DNA of 52,953 bases, counting the filler, from Basidiobolus ranarum (lineage: Eukaryota), in assembly GCA_040143965.1 (NCBI GenBank). It is 3 parts of 3 records of this genome, joined end to end, with 100 filler letters (N's around TTAATTAATTAA, not from the genome) between each part and the next. Parts side by side here need not be neighbours in the genome. Positions count along the whole stretch, not along the records: positions 35,391 to 52,953 come from JASJQH010007177.1; 2 more parts are not named here. One strand, given 5' to 3'. Positions 36,342-49,525 of this stretch are shown here, piece after piece. Positions within the stretch are counted from its first letter, which is position 1, and each line of letters opens with the position of its first letter. Position numbers and translations under genes: made by a program. Under the pieces are notes generated by a model that was given only the letters and a program-made list of their open reading frames with translations, ran no database searches and had not been told where the DNA came from.

Positions 36342-39300
36342 CCAACCAAGTTTTTGATCACTCCCAATTTACTTCTGAGATCATACCCTTCATCTCTGTA
36401 CATGCCCCACTATTTGCATTCACTCCCCCACACCTTGATTCATTATTACCTCTATACCTGCACTCATTCTATTACTGTGAGTTACAGGTATATTTGTTTG
36501 AAAACGTTAATTCCATACTTCTAATCACTTGTACACCTTCCAAAAGGTATTCTATCCACCTGTCGGTCTAGCATTAGCCAAAGTAATAGTAATACCATGA
36601 CCTCACTGATTGTAGACATAGCATTTATGATTGTATTCCACTAGTCCCCTATAATGGAAATAATAGTATTTGTCTATAAAAACCGCAATCATAACAACGA
36701 AAGGGTCCCTGCTCACCACTCCTCCAACTCAATCTTGTTTCATCACATTCGCATATGCATAATGAAGTACAGGGTTCAAATGGAGTCATTAGAGCCCCAT
36801 TAGGGTTTCCTCTTATCACTCAGCCAACTTTACCCAAGAGATCGCATTGAAGTACAATCGCATCTGCCTAGTGCGAAGCTTCACACCTTTCTCTAGTATG
36901 CCAGAGATTGGTGAGGGTGGAAACAGCAATTATAATTTAGAAAATAGGAGGAAGCGAGGGATTTCATCGAGCTCCCACCCAATTTCCCATAGAATTCAAG
37001 AATCTTGGATTTTATCTGGGCTTAATTGGAGTGATATTAAATCTGTTGTTGTGGCATAGATGGAGGAGACCTCAGACACCCAATGTAGCACACATATCAT
37101 TGAAATGTCATCATAAATAGAGGAATGGAACCCCATCCCCCTCCTCACGTGATTTGTTACTATTTCACTTGGGTGATACTGCACCCTTAAAACTACCAAT
37201 GGAGTGAAATAATGCGATCTTTATCGAATTACTATTATTATTCAACCGGGTGAACGAAAGTCCTACTTTCGATTCTAATCTTCAACAGAATTTCTGGTTG
37301 GGGTAAAGAGGTTGGTGGAATGTTACCAAATAACGGGAATCACGTGAACCTGGTCACTTGTTCTCGCTTGCTCCAAGCGATATGAAACCTTCATCGAAAA
37401 TATGGACGCGAAGGATGCATTCCCCTTGCTTAGATAGCACCTCCAACATGAAATTAACCGAAATCATAGAGTTTAGAAACGATATTAAAGTGGAACTCCA
37501 CGAGTAAGCGTAAGGGATGAAGCATATGGGCATTGCCAAAAAGAAACCGAATGGGCTGCCATTTCTTCACCAGAACAGAACGCGTACTATGTTCAGAGAA
37601 TATAGGATTTCAAATCAATTGGAAGATATGATAGATTCCAATTCATGAAAGAAATATTTTAACCATGTCCGAAGGAATTCTCTGGTGTTACCATGGTATG
37701 TTACCCAGCCGAAATCTTGTGGGGTTTCCGTGGATTTGGATCGTGTGAATGTAACACCAATCCAATGGAAAAGGAAGGACATATCTCCATAAGTATTTGG
37801 TGGCACATTGTGAGAAGGATCGTAAAATACACACCACCGTAGCTGGTTTCACTTCTCTCGCTATCACAAGTCATCAATCCAATCGTCATTCATGGTTCCG
37901 CAAGACCTGCAGCGAAACACACCCACGTCAGTTTGGTAAGAAGTGAACCCACTGCATCTATCCTCAGCCTGGTATTTTCTTGAGAATGAGCATGCCCTGT
38001 ACTGTACGTATGGGCATGTGCCCTTCCAGGAGGCCGAGCGTATCTCCAACTGACAAATCTATACCTGTGTGGCCCTGGCTGTGTCCCGAAACATGTATTA
38101 CTAAAACCATTGTAGCACAACTACCATTGAATGAACTCCACTAAAGTAGGTTATACTCATTTAACAGATAATACTATAGATAATTGCAACTAATGACCCG
38201 TACATTCACCAGATTTGTACTTGATGTAGGACCGCGAAACATTTCTTGTTTCAGATCCAACCTTTGACAAGGTTTAGTCATGAAATGGAAATGCGTTTGT
38301 ATGTTTGATATTCAAACAGTAGTCTTACTTGAATGCTAATAGTGGTTACTATAGCTGGACACATGCGTTCAACCACTGAATAATGATAGACATCTTAACA
38401 GGTATGTATTGGTTTAAACACGATGTCCTAGCTGAGGCTGGTAAAGTTTAATCCGCTCAATGAAGTAATTAAAACCAAGATCAGTAAGACTTGGATGTTC
38501 TAAATTACTATTATGTGTCCGATCCAGGCAAATCTTGCGATATAATAATCCACTAACACTGAAGATTGGTAAATTAATAGCAATAGGACCAACTAGGTTT
38601 TGAGAATTACTCTATTGGATAACTCTTACGTTATCAGCTGTGGGCTTAGTTGTTTCATTAATACAGTCACCTCTTAGAAAATGGCTATATTAAGCAGGAA
38701 CATACTCGGGCCTAGGACCCTCTATTTAGCTTGAGTTGAAACTTCTACACAGCATGGAGGCAGCACCCTTACACACAGGGCAAAGGCATGCAACTATGAT
38801 TAATCCACAATAAATACAATGGAAAAGTTGAAGGTATTCTCTTATTTACAATTTCACGGGGCTTTTTCCTTAATACATCTACAACTGAGATGTTCACAGG
38901 GATGGTGGAATGTATCCTCATATATTGCTTAGTGAATGCTATGTTTTGGATGCCTTCATCAATGAGAGATGATAAAAAACATATTCCAAACTAAGAGAAC
39001 ACTAAGCCAAACCTTTCATTCAGTTGAGTATTCATATTATATTTGAACAATTAGGATTTTCAACACGGCTTCTATGAACCTGGGAAGGCTACGAGATGAT
39101 TCTCATTCTACGAATCTGCACATCCCTGAACCATTGCTAAATGAATCAATAGGTACTCTTCTTTCTGGAACTTCATAGGGTTTAGCTGGCATGGATACAT
39201 TTAGTTTGGCATGAATATGGAAGTTAACTTCGTTAAAATTTGGAAGAATATTTATTTTATCTCTTTCATGATCATAAGCAACCAAATCAATCATGATAGA

Positions 39301-39954
39301 TTGTGATCATGAAATTCTGACCTCATCTTCTAATGGTACAGCAAATACAGAATGATGACCATAGTCAATACCCACTGCATTACCTTATGTATAATGATCA
39401 ATTCTCCAACCAGATATTCTTCCTAAATCCAAGATCGATATCTACTCTTTTATATAATGAGCATCTTAACCCTAACTTGAAAAGTTGCACTATCCCATCT
39501 TTTCGTTGGTCAACCAGTAGGGGTATCTTGTATCAAGAGATCTGAGGAATATCAAATATGCAGCTCTCCACAAGGTTCAGAGCTCAGAAATAATTGTCGA
39601 TTGGGTCAGTAGTGATACTTAAGATACGGATTGGGTAGTTAAATATTCATTGAAAATATACTCGTAGAGTTAATATATAAGTTGAAATAATACTCTATCG
39701 CATACGGGCACGCTACAGGCTACTGATATCCACCACATAAATAACGGTGAAGGAAGATATTCAGCTGCCATTACAATTGATAATTCTCAAATAAACGATC
39801 AATTGATATGGGAATTGATTTATTAGGTAAATGGGATACAAGTATATGAAATACAAACATGCGATGGAGAAATAATAAAATCATAAATTTAGAATAGAAT
39901 GACTGAAGTCGAGGCATATGCAATGACTCCCGAAGAATTCTCTGGCTAGCCAGC

Positions 39955-41625
39955 TTAATTCTTACCCTCTTGGGCGCCATCCACTTCGGAATTTACCTGT
40001 TCAGTTTGACCAGAGGCACGTACTTCCTCCAGAGAAGATTTGGCTTTGGAAAGCTCTGCTTGTGCTTGTTCTAATTGGGACTTAACAGCTTCTAATTCGG
40101 CTTTGGAATGCTCGGCCTCCTTGGCTAATTGTAAATGTTGCTCTGATTGCTCACGAGCTCTGGCAAGTTCTTTCTCAAGTTCTTGGATTCTACTTTCCTT
40201 GGTAGACTCTACGTTGGAGAGGTTACGGCTTAATTGGTCATACTCCTCTCTCAAGTTAACAAATTCATTGGAAGTAGCGTGTTCCATGGATTTGATCTTG
40301 TTCTCCATGGCCAGAATGGCTTGATCTTTTTGGGATACAATTTGAGACATGCGTTGTTGACCAAATCCAAGTTCATGAGTGAGCTGATCAATAACGGCCT
40401 TAGCCTTTCCGAGATCGTTAACGAGATTAGCTTCACGAGATTGAGTTTCTCTGACTTGACGAGCAAGAGTCTCTTGCTCGGCATAGATGGACTTGCGTTC
40501 GTGATTAAGCTGTTCAATTTGTTGTTGAAGGTTAGCTTGTTGCTCACGATGAGTCGAGTGTACTTGCTCCACATCGTAGGAAGAGGCTTGAAGAGCCTTC
40601 ACGTTCTCCTTCTCGATAGACAATTGCTTGAAAAGAACTTGGTTAGTGTAGTTCAATGAGTCAGCCTTGGTCTCAAGAGTCTTCAACTTGTTCTCAAAGG
40701 ATTTTTTATCCATTTGCTGATCATTTAGTTTCTCACTCACTTCATCGAATTCTTTTTGAATTTGATTTTGTAGTGACTTCAAGGATTCATTTTGTCTAGT
40801 CAAATGATGAATAGCCTCTTCCTTATCATTGAGGACTTGACGAAGTTCATCCAATTCTTTGGCAGAGACTTGAGGCTCAGCTTTGAGAGGAGTGAAAGAC
40901 TCGACAGGTGGTTGAACGGTAGTTTCCTTAGCGATTTCTTGTACCTTGGCAACAGGGACATCTTCCACTACCGCGGCGTTGCTCTTGTTCTTCTTTGATT
41001 TCTTTTCAGAAGAAGCCACTGGAGCTTGTACCTTAGGCTCTTCCTGCTTGACAACTGGAATAGGATCAGAGACCTTGGGAGCGGCCTCCACAACGGGAAC
41101 GACCTCAGTAGGAAGTACAGAAGCGGCTACTTGAGGTTGAGTAGCCAAAGACGTTTGCTTCTTAGACTTGGATCCCTTAGACTTTTTGCCTTCTTTCCTC
41201 TCGGTAAGAGCTGGGCTACGATTAACCTCAAGAGCTGCATAAGGATTGCTGGAAGCAACCGATACATCGGCACCGTACTCCTCCTCATCTTCGAGAGCTT
41301 CAACGATCTCCTCCACTTTCTCTACAATCGTAGGAGGGGCAACGACCTTAGCACCATTAGTGGCCTTTGAGCGCTTGCCAGCATTTCCTGTGGCCTTAGG
41401 GTTAGCTTTAGCTCCATTGGCTTTGGCTGGAGCCTTGAGAGTAGTAACCTTGGCCTTCTTGGTAGCCTTTTTCTTGTTTTCACGTTCTACTTCTTCCAAG
41501 AGAGCAGCTTGAACCTTGGAGTGATCAACGGTGGGTTTATTGTTGATGAAGTTGAAGTAGTAGTAGGCACTAGAGGCAACAACTACACCAAACGCAACAA
41601 GAAGAGAAACAAAGCTAGAGTCCAT
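39955..41625 (-). CDS. N-terminally membrane-anchored, Lys/Ala-rich, long coiled-coil protein (~556 aa; kinectin/p180-like architecture)
   Basis: Likely start MDSSFVSLLVAFGVVVASSAYYYF (ATG 41625). Lys-rich low-complexity region followed by ~250 aa of heptads. Codon usage typical of highly expressed genes. Confidence 0.8.
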   Translation of the reverse strand: MDSSFVSLLVAFGVVVASSAYYYFNFINNKPTVDHSKVQAALLEEVERENKKKATKKAKVTTLKAPAKANGAKANPKATGNAGKRSKATNGAKVVAPPTIVEKVEEIVEALEDEEEYGADVSVASSNPYAALEVNRSPALTERKEGKKSKGSKSKKQTSLATQPQVAASVLPTEVVPVVEAAPKVSDPIPVVKQEEPKVQAPVASSEKKSKKNKSNAAVVEDVPVAKVQEIAKETTVQPPVESFTPLKAEPQVSAKELDELRQVLNDKEEAIHHLTRQNESLKSLQNQIQKEFDEVSEKLNDQQMDKKSFENKLKTLETKADSLNYTNQVLFKQLSIEKENVKALQASSYDVEQVHSTHREQQANLQQQIEQLNHERKSIYAEQETLARQVRETQSREANLVNDLGKAKAVIDQLTHELGFGQQRMSQIVSQKDQAILAMENKIKSMEHATSNEFVNLREEYDQLSRNLSNVESTKESRIQELEKELARAREQSEQHLQLAKEAEHSKAELEAVKSQLEQAQAELSKAKSSLEEVRASGQTEQVNSEVDGAQEGKN

Positions 41626-43963
41626 GATAAAGTCAAACAACCGGGTTCCAAAGAGTGGAGAGAGAGAGAAAGATAATAAGTAACAATTCGTTAACGAAGG
41701 GAAAGTTGATATGAATATAGCGTTCTCAATCGACGATGCGCACAATGTGGCTTACAGAGCGAAGTGAGCCGGGGTGTTATCCAATGTCCAGGGTTGTAAG
41801 AGCTGAATTGAAATTCATGGTCAAATATATTCCGGATCAAGAATAATCAACATTACTTCTAACAAGTTATCGTTCGATGGAAATGGATATTTTATGAACT
41901 TGGATTGCATAATAACCTCGAGCATTCGAGATTCTCTCTAGCTCCGATTGTGATCAAAACCCTTTGTCAATCCGCCTGAGGCGATCAGATAAGGTTTCTT
42001 CCAAAATCTCGAATCCTGCAACACAACCTAGGTTTCTCAAGAGTGAAACTAGACCAATTACCAGGGGAGACATCAAATCTCGCGACAACCGTGGCCCAAA
42101 CTCAAATACCTCAGATTCAAAGAAATCGAGAACTACGAGGCCAATCAAAGAGCTCATAAACTATACCAGGGCATGAAGGAGTTCAATGGGATCTTATATT
42201 TGTCGAATCAGCGCCGGCCACAGGGTTAGCTTCCTCTGCAAGTGGCACTCTAAATATAGGCCTAGTTACTCAGTTTCCTTAGAGGATCTCAATTCGTTTC
42301 AGCAAGTTTAATGACCCGAGTATCAAAGCAAATGGACACTCTCGTCTACTGCAGTTTCGTTACACCGCGATTAGCTCAGCTTTGATTTTGTACCTACTTC
42401 GCACTACATGGTACCTCCCAACTTTATGCTTGCAAGACATGAAAGTTAGTTACTAGAAACCCCAATGGGACCATTCATTTTGTCCAATGGAAATTCAGTT
42501 TGGTGAGTGTCATACTCTTGTAATTAACGCATGTGTCTAACCCTAAACCCTAATCACGACAAATTCCATTGTTAACGCAGGGCTGATATTCTAGTTAAAT
42601 CACCATAGTTGCTTGCAACGAATGAGACCTGATTGAAGGTCGTGTCTATATTAAGTCTACTTATCCTACGAACTCAAAAGGAGTATTTGCCAAATTGGCT
42701 GGCGAATATACCATATTCAGTACATATAATCTGGTTTATAAAGTTGGTTAATTTGAAATTTAAGCAGAAATTTGAGTTACAATATGGCAGTTCTTAGATC
42801 ATATCTAGAACTAGATACACGCTAGATGTTTTCGCTACTAGCCGATGTGTACGTTCGTTTATAGATGTTGATACCGTTAACAAAGAGCGAGCAAAAGTAA
42901 ACATACGTCCGAAAGGGTGGTTATCTTCTCATTTCAAGTCGCCTAGAATATTGAAATTCTGGACTTGAGAGCATCGACCGTTTTCTTTGTTCTTATTTAT
43001 TCTCGAACCCGCGTTGTTTAGAGTTCATCTTAACGCTGTCTACGCTCTCAAGTTCTGATTGGTGACCCGGAGGGCTCCATATGAACGGAGGGCAGCAAAG
43101 TTTATTTTGCCAGGAATCTCGTTAGGAATCGCCTAAACGAGGAATAACCAATGTTGGTGATGATAAGAGAAGTTAAATTACCCAGGATTTCCAAGTATGT
43201 AGTTCATGTGACGAGCATTTGGCACAATTAGATCTATGTTGAAGCTTCATCAGCCTCAGAGAGTGAATCACATATGTATTGAGTAATCATGTAATGGCAT
43301 CCAAGTGTCTGGTCCTAAAACCGCCCCTTTTGTGGTATATAAGGGATCTATATACTGATTGAGGTGACTTGCTAGACGTAAACTTGAAACAACCAGTGCT
43401 TGCCTCAAAGCTTCGAGATGGATCTCGCTATTTTCGACGAACAAAAGCCCATAGATTGCGGATACGGATGACAATCTATATCTCGATCTTATATGGGTTT
43501 CGGGCTATTTTGGGTGCATTTCAACTGACTAAGTATTCGTTATTCATAAAGCTCATGCCACCAGTTAGAGCCCGACCTTCATGGCGCTTTGAGTACATAG
43601 TGTCCAATCTCAAAAGTGGAATAAATACAAGTATGGGAATTCTCGTCAATCTGGCTTTAATATTGCAAGCTCGGAGAGAATTTCACTCTTTTGGATTCAA
43701 ATATAGTTACTAATTCTTGTCCGAAAGCCAATCAAGGACAACCATAAATGTTGTTTTTTCCACTTTCCAGTTCTTCCAACTTCGCCGCAGCCTTCCACTC
43801 TCTTTGATTAGAAATAATAATAACGAAGATTTTTCGTCATCACAACAATTTCTCATTTAAATGCTCTTTCTCTCATAACTATAAATACAAATTATCGCTT
43901 TCTCTAGATTACTATTCTCTAAAAGTGTCTTCTTTTGTGCTCTATTAAAGAAATACTTCAGTC

Positions 43964-46317
43964 ATGGTTATGTATGTCAAGAAACGCGACGGAAGGCAAG
44001 AGCGTGTTGCTTTTGATAAAATCACAGCTCGAGTTAATAAACTATGTTATGGACTTGACACAAACTACGTTGATTCTGCTGCTGTTGCTCAAAGAGTCAT
44101 ATCCGGTGTATATGAGGGTGTCACCACTCAAGAGTTGGACAACCTAGCCGCCGAAACCGCTGCTTATATGACCACAAAGCACCCTGACTATGCCATATTA
44201 GCGGCACGTATTGCCGTATCAAACCTTCATAAGGAGACAAAAAAGCAATTCTCTTCAGTCATTAGTGACTTGTATCACTACGTAAATCCTAAAACCGAGA
44301 AACCCTCCCCTAAAATCGCCAAAGAAACCTATGAGATCGTTATGAAGAATGCGGAACGTCTCGACTCCGCTATCATTTATGATAGAGACTTCAATTATAA
44401 TTATTTTGGGTTTAAAACACTCGAGCGGTCTTATTTACTTAAATTAGATAGTCAAGTTGCTGAGAGACCTCAGCACTTGGTTATGAGAGTCTCCGTGGGG
44501 ATTCATGGCGAAGATATTGATGCTGCAATCGAGACATACAATTACATGTCAGAAAAATACTTTACCCACGCATCTCCAACTTTGTTTAATGCGGGAACAC
44601 CCATTCCACAACTTAGCAGTTGTTTTTTGGTCTCTATGAGAGAAGACTCAATCGAAGGGATTTACGATACTTTGAAAACTTGTGCATTGATCTCAAAATC
44701 AGCTGGTGGAATTGGTCTGAATGTACATACAATCCGAGCCTCCGGATCGTACATTGCTGGCACCAATGGAACCTCAAATGGGTTGATACCGATGTTACGA
44801 GTGTTCAATAATACTGCCAGGTACGTAGATCAAGGCGGTAATAAGCGACCAGGGGCATTTGCTATCTACTTAGAGCCATGGCATTTTGATATATTCGACT
44901 TTTTGGATTTGCGTAAGAATACTGGTAAAGAAGAGTCACGAGCCCGTGATTTATTTTACGCGTTATGGATCTCTGATGTATTTATGAAGAGAGTAGAACG
45001 TGATGAGGACTGGAGTTTATTTTGCCCCGCAGAGGCCCCCGGCTTGGAGGAATGCTGGGGAGATGAATTCGAAGCGCTATACACATCATATGAACGCAAG
45101 GGACTTGCTCGAAAGACCATCAAAGCACAGAAGTTGTGGTATGCCATCCTAGACGCACAAATTGAAACTGGAAATCCATTTATGCTCTATAAGGATGCTT
45201 GTAATCGTAAGTCCAATCAGCAAAACCTAGGCACCATAAAATCTAGTAATCTTTGCTGCGAAATTGTCGAGTACTCGAGTCCAGATGAAGTTGCTGTATG
45301 CAATCTTGGTAGTTTGGCACTCCCACGTATGTTAGCTCAAAAGAAGTCTTTAACTTTGAAGAATTACACAAGGTCACTAAGATCCTCACCAAGAATCTCA
45401 ACAAAGTAATCGATGTCAATTACTATCCGATTGAAGAAGCACGTCGTTCTAATATGCGCCATCGTCCAGTTGGTTTGGGAGTACAAGGTCTTGCTGATGC
45501 ATTTATCAAGATGCGCATGCCATTTGAATCCGCCGCGGCGATAGACTTGAACAAGAAAATCTTCGAGACCATCTATCATGCGGCGCTAGAGTCATCTTGT
45601 GAGATTGCCGAGCGTGATGGTCCTTATTCTACATACGAAGGTTCACCAGTTTCCAAGGGAATTCTACAGTATGATATGTGGGGTGTTGAGCCAAGTGACT
45701 TGTGGAATTGGGAAGAGCTGAAGGAGAAGATTGCTCGTCACGGTATACGCAATTCATTATTGGTCGCTCCAATGCCCACTGCTTCTACTTCCCAAATTCT
45801 TGGTTTTAATGAATGCTTCGAGCCTTATACCTCCAACATTTATACTCGTAGAGTTTTGGCTGGGGAATTTCAAATCGTCAATCCATGGCTACTAAAAGAT
45901 TTGGTTGACTTGGGATTATGGAATGACAGTTTGAAGAACCGAATTATCTCCGATAGTGGATCAATTCAGAGTATACCATCGATCCCTAAAGAGCTTAAAG
46001 AATTGTATAAAACTGTTTGGGAAATCAAACAGAAAGTGATTGTCGATATGGCCGCCGATAGAGGAGCATTCATTGATCAATCGCAATCACTTAACATCTT
46101 TATTGCCGAGCCTTCTTACTCCAAACTCACATCAATGCACTTTTATGGATGGAAGAAAGGATTAAAAACGGGCATGTATTATTTAAGAACTAGACCAGCC
46201 GTAGACGCTATCAAGTTTACGGTAGATCAACTTTCCCTTAAAAAAGAAGCAAGTGAAGAAGCCAAATTACAGTGCTCAATTGATAACAAGGACGATTGTA
46301 CGATGTGTAGCGGTTAG
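43964..46317 (+). CDS. RNR1: Ribonucleotide reductase class Ia large subunit, interrupted by an apparent 1-nt deletion at ~45322-45325
   Basis: ATP cone (KRDGRQE...FDKI), [34 protein letters not shown] and C-terminal CTMCSG. ORFs 43964-45409 and 45454-46317 join via a -1 shift at LP|TYV. Confidence 0.93.
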
Positions 46318-46427
46318 GTATCTAGATTTATGTAAACTATTTTTTATGCAGCTGAAAATAAAATTCATTCAAATTAAATATTACTTATATTTTCATAAAT
46401 CAATCCACTACAATTTAACTCATATTG

Positions 46428-47660
46428 TCACATTTCCTCAAGAATGGTGATGCCAACCATCAGACCAACACCTACAAACATGGCGACGATTTGCCAAAAT
46501 GCATCCGATAATTTCTCACGTAAAGTGCCTTGCTCCGAATCTTCAAGAAGTTCGGGGATAACTCCGACGGTGGCAATATAGATGAATCCGCCTGCAGTAG
46601 CTGGAATGATCATTTCACTGGCAGTAATAATGGAATCTCCTTTGCTACTACCTAGAACTCCATTTAAGATGGGTATCAAGTCTGGGTTTCTTGTAGCCTC
46701 CTCGATAGCCACCCCGACAACAGTTCCCAAGAAAGCGCCAATAGCAGTAATAAATTGAGCACCCAAAGCACGACTCCTGCTGAAACCAGATTGAATCAAA
46801 ATAGCATAATCTCCAACTTCATGAGGAATTTCGTGGAAAAATACTGCAGCGAATGTTGAGATACCAATCGCGGGAGAGGTATAGAAAGATGCAGCAATAG
46901 CTAATCCATCTGTGAAGTTATGGGTCATATCTGCGATTAAGTTAAGATAAGCAGATAAATTGACACTTCGTGTGGCGATTTGTTGATCTTTTTTATCTTC
47001 CGATTCATCCGTTTTCTTTCGCTGACGTAGCTGAGTATCAGTCTCGACAACTGCAGTACTTTTACCTTCACTTTCACCATGATGACTATGTGAGTGAGAG
47101 TGTCCTCCACCGCTTGCAAGTCTCATGAATTTGTCCATCAAAAAGAAAAACAAAAAGCCCCCGAAAATTCCCAAACCTACGTACACGTTGCGCCATTTCA
47201 TACTTTCTTCGCTAAGTGAGTCTCCGTGCTCACCCAAGAAAGCTTGAGGTAGGAGGTGCAAGAATACATCTCCCAACAAACCACCTACCGCAAAGCTTAC
47301 CAAAATATTTAAGCTACTTGGACGAATGTTGGGTGGCACAAAAAACAAAATAAAGTTAGGGAATAAGGAGATGTATGCAGTAGCCAGGAAAGAGGAGATC
47401 ATGGGACTCTCGGAAAATAAGAAACTAAAAGTTGATTTTCCTTCGGTCTTGCCACCAGTGCATTCGCCTGATTGACCGTTCCATCCAAAAGCACTGAAGG
47501 AGCATTCTTTGCCATCCAATGTCTCTTCTTGAAGCGGATTTCCGCCAGACTTTTCAGTCTTGATTCTGTGTCCAGCACATAATAGAGTACCAAAGACAAC
47601 TATCAAAATTAGAAGTTTCCAATATCCCTGTTTATTTCCCAAAGAACCGATTGACGGCAT
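46428..47660 (-). CDS. YKE4: ZIP-family zinc transporter, LIV-1 subfamily (Yke4/ZIP7-like)
   Basis: SFAVGGLLGDVFLHLLP, HSHSHSHH loop, HNFTDGLAI and FFHEIPHEVGDYAILI motifs. Confidence 0.92.
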   Translation of the reverse strand: MPSIGSLGNKQGYWKLLILIVVFGTLLCAGHRIKTEKSGGNPLQEETLDGKECSFSAFGWNGQSGECTGGKTEGKSTFSFLFSESPMISSFLATAYISLFPNFILFFVPPNIRPSSLNILVSFAVGGLLGDVFLHLLPQAFLGEHGDSLSEESMKWRNVYVGLGIFGGFLFFFLMDKFMRLASGGGHSHSHSHHGESEGKSTAVVETDTQLRQRKKTDESEDKKDQQIATRSVNLSAYLNLIADMTHNFTDGLAIAASFYTSPAIGISTFAAVFFHEIPHEVGDYAILIQSGFSRSRALGAQFITAIGAFLGTVVGVAIEEATRNPDLIPILNGVLGSSKGDSIITASEMIIPATAGGFIYIATVGVIPELLEDSEQGTLREKLSDAFWQIVAMFVGVGLMVGITILEEM

Positions 47661-48235
47661 GTTTCCAGTTGGTATTATTAAAGTAAGGAAAGGAATGAAT
47701 GATTGTAGTAATAGCTTCGAGCAAATATAAATCTAGCCCAAACGATCCAGGAAACACAACCAACCTGATTGGCTAAATTAGCGTTTAATCTGAGCTTCCA
47801 TTGATTGCCAGCTGACAGGGAGATATTCAAAACATAACCTGATGCGTTTTCAAGGGATCAAGGGTTGAGAACATCGGAATTTCACCAATCCATCCATTTA
47901 GCTTCTCAGTAGATATACCCATCGCGTCAGCGATCTATGAGAGGTGGAATTAGAGTCACTCAAGTTTAGTTTTGACCAGCTTGTAGGACGATGGAATTCC
48001 GCTGTGAAATTATTAGTGGGCACTATAATGCAAATCCCCATCTGAACAATTCAAGAGCATATATTGATTGCATTTGATCCCAAAATTTGGTACATCTGAG
48101 GGACTGAGAGATTACTAAAAGTAGTAGACTTGGTGGTAAAATGGCATACTCAGGATAGACTTAATATGATTCAACAAAAGGATGTTGGACTCTTGAGCTA
48201 GTCCTCCTCCTTTCCAATCGTAGCCTTTTTTTGTC

Positions 48236-48611
48236 ATGTCCGCCGAACAAGCTATTGTTTACGCTGCCCTCATCCTTCAAGATGATGGTGTTGAAATTAC
48301 TGTAAGTTTCTCAGAACATGCAGGTTAACAAATATTTGCTAACTGAGAATATCTAGGCCGACAAGCTTACTACCATTACCAAGGCTGCTGGTGTCGATGT
48401 TGAGCCAGTCTGGGCTTCCCTTTTCGCTAAGGCTTTGGCTGGCAAGAATGTTAGTGACTTGTTGATGAATGTCGGTTCTGCTGGTGCCGCCCCCGCTACA
48501 TCTGCTGGCGCCTCTTCTGGACCATCCGCTGATGCCGCCCCTGCTGCCGATGAGAAGGAAGAAGCCAAGGAAGAATCCGATGATGACATGGGTTTCGGTC
48601 TTTTCGATTAG
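48236..48611 (+). CDS. RPP1: 60S acidic ribosomal protein P1; 2 exons
   Basis: [49 protein letters not shown]...[13 protein letters not shown]. Intron ~48302-48356. Confidence 0.95.
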
Positions 48612-49418
48612 ACAGATAATTTTAACCAACTCGACTCCTCGAAACAATAAACTTAGTCTTTGTGTCATGCTTGCGTATCTGAAAATTATTAATTAGTTTG
48701 GTAATTGATGGATGGCTACGAACTGATATCCGATGATAGCCCAACTGGTAAAAGGACACTGATCTTAGCACCACGAATCGTATGAAATATCGTATTATCA
48801 TAAATGGTGGTAGTAAATCTCACACACATGGTGTAGTAAGCGTTGCAAGTGATAATACATATCCACATGTAGACCCAATTTCTTTATATAGATATATGTC
48901 GAATATATCCTTTTCTCACAAGTCATGGTGTATTAGTTCTTGTCACTTTTGAAGTGGCTAGCCAAGTGTAAATTCATTTAGGAACATGCAAAGCTTGAAG
49001 CCGTTGCAATCCAATTTACAAGCCTAATGCAAAAGATTGTGACTATGTACTATACTGAGCTTAAATAAAGTATTTACTCTAAATTCATTTTGGTATTCTT
49101 CATTGTAACATTAAACTTATCTGATCGTATATATTGGTTTGAGTCTCAATGGTAGAACGTTGGAACTAATAATCGTTGGATATAATATGTTCTTTAACTG
49201 AATATTTCATAGGTCAAAATTAAATCATATATATTGGATATGTTAAAAAATGGTAAGATTTTCAAACTATCTCATACTCCTCTAACCTTCTCCTCAGCTT
49301 CCTAAACGTTTGTTACTTTACTTCATCTCCAATGTAAGTATAAATATTTAGTTTCATTTCAATATTATCATATAGTAAGCTACCTAAATTCCACTGTTAT
49401 TATTCAACATCTTCATGG

Positions 49419-49525
49419 GGAGTTTACTTTGAATATTTTTGAGAACTTGGAAGTTCTCAGATTATATAATTTTTTCAAACTTGTCCAAAAGACCCGAAGC
49501 ATTGTACACATATCCCTAGGACTTT
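49419..49525. repeat. Copy of the degenerate dispersed repeat seen at 35021-35290
   Basis: By-eye alignment to 35226-35290 and 35021-35116. Confidence 0.6.

Noticed and set aside
20552-46317. Apparent DNA-replication/meiosis gene cluster (PSF2, KASH-like, CSM3, NDT80-family, RNR1)
   Set aside because: NDT80 and RNR1 lie on a different contig. PSF2 and CSM3 are ~9 kb apart with unrelated genes between them, so chance is sufficient.
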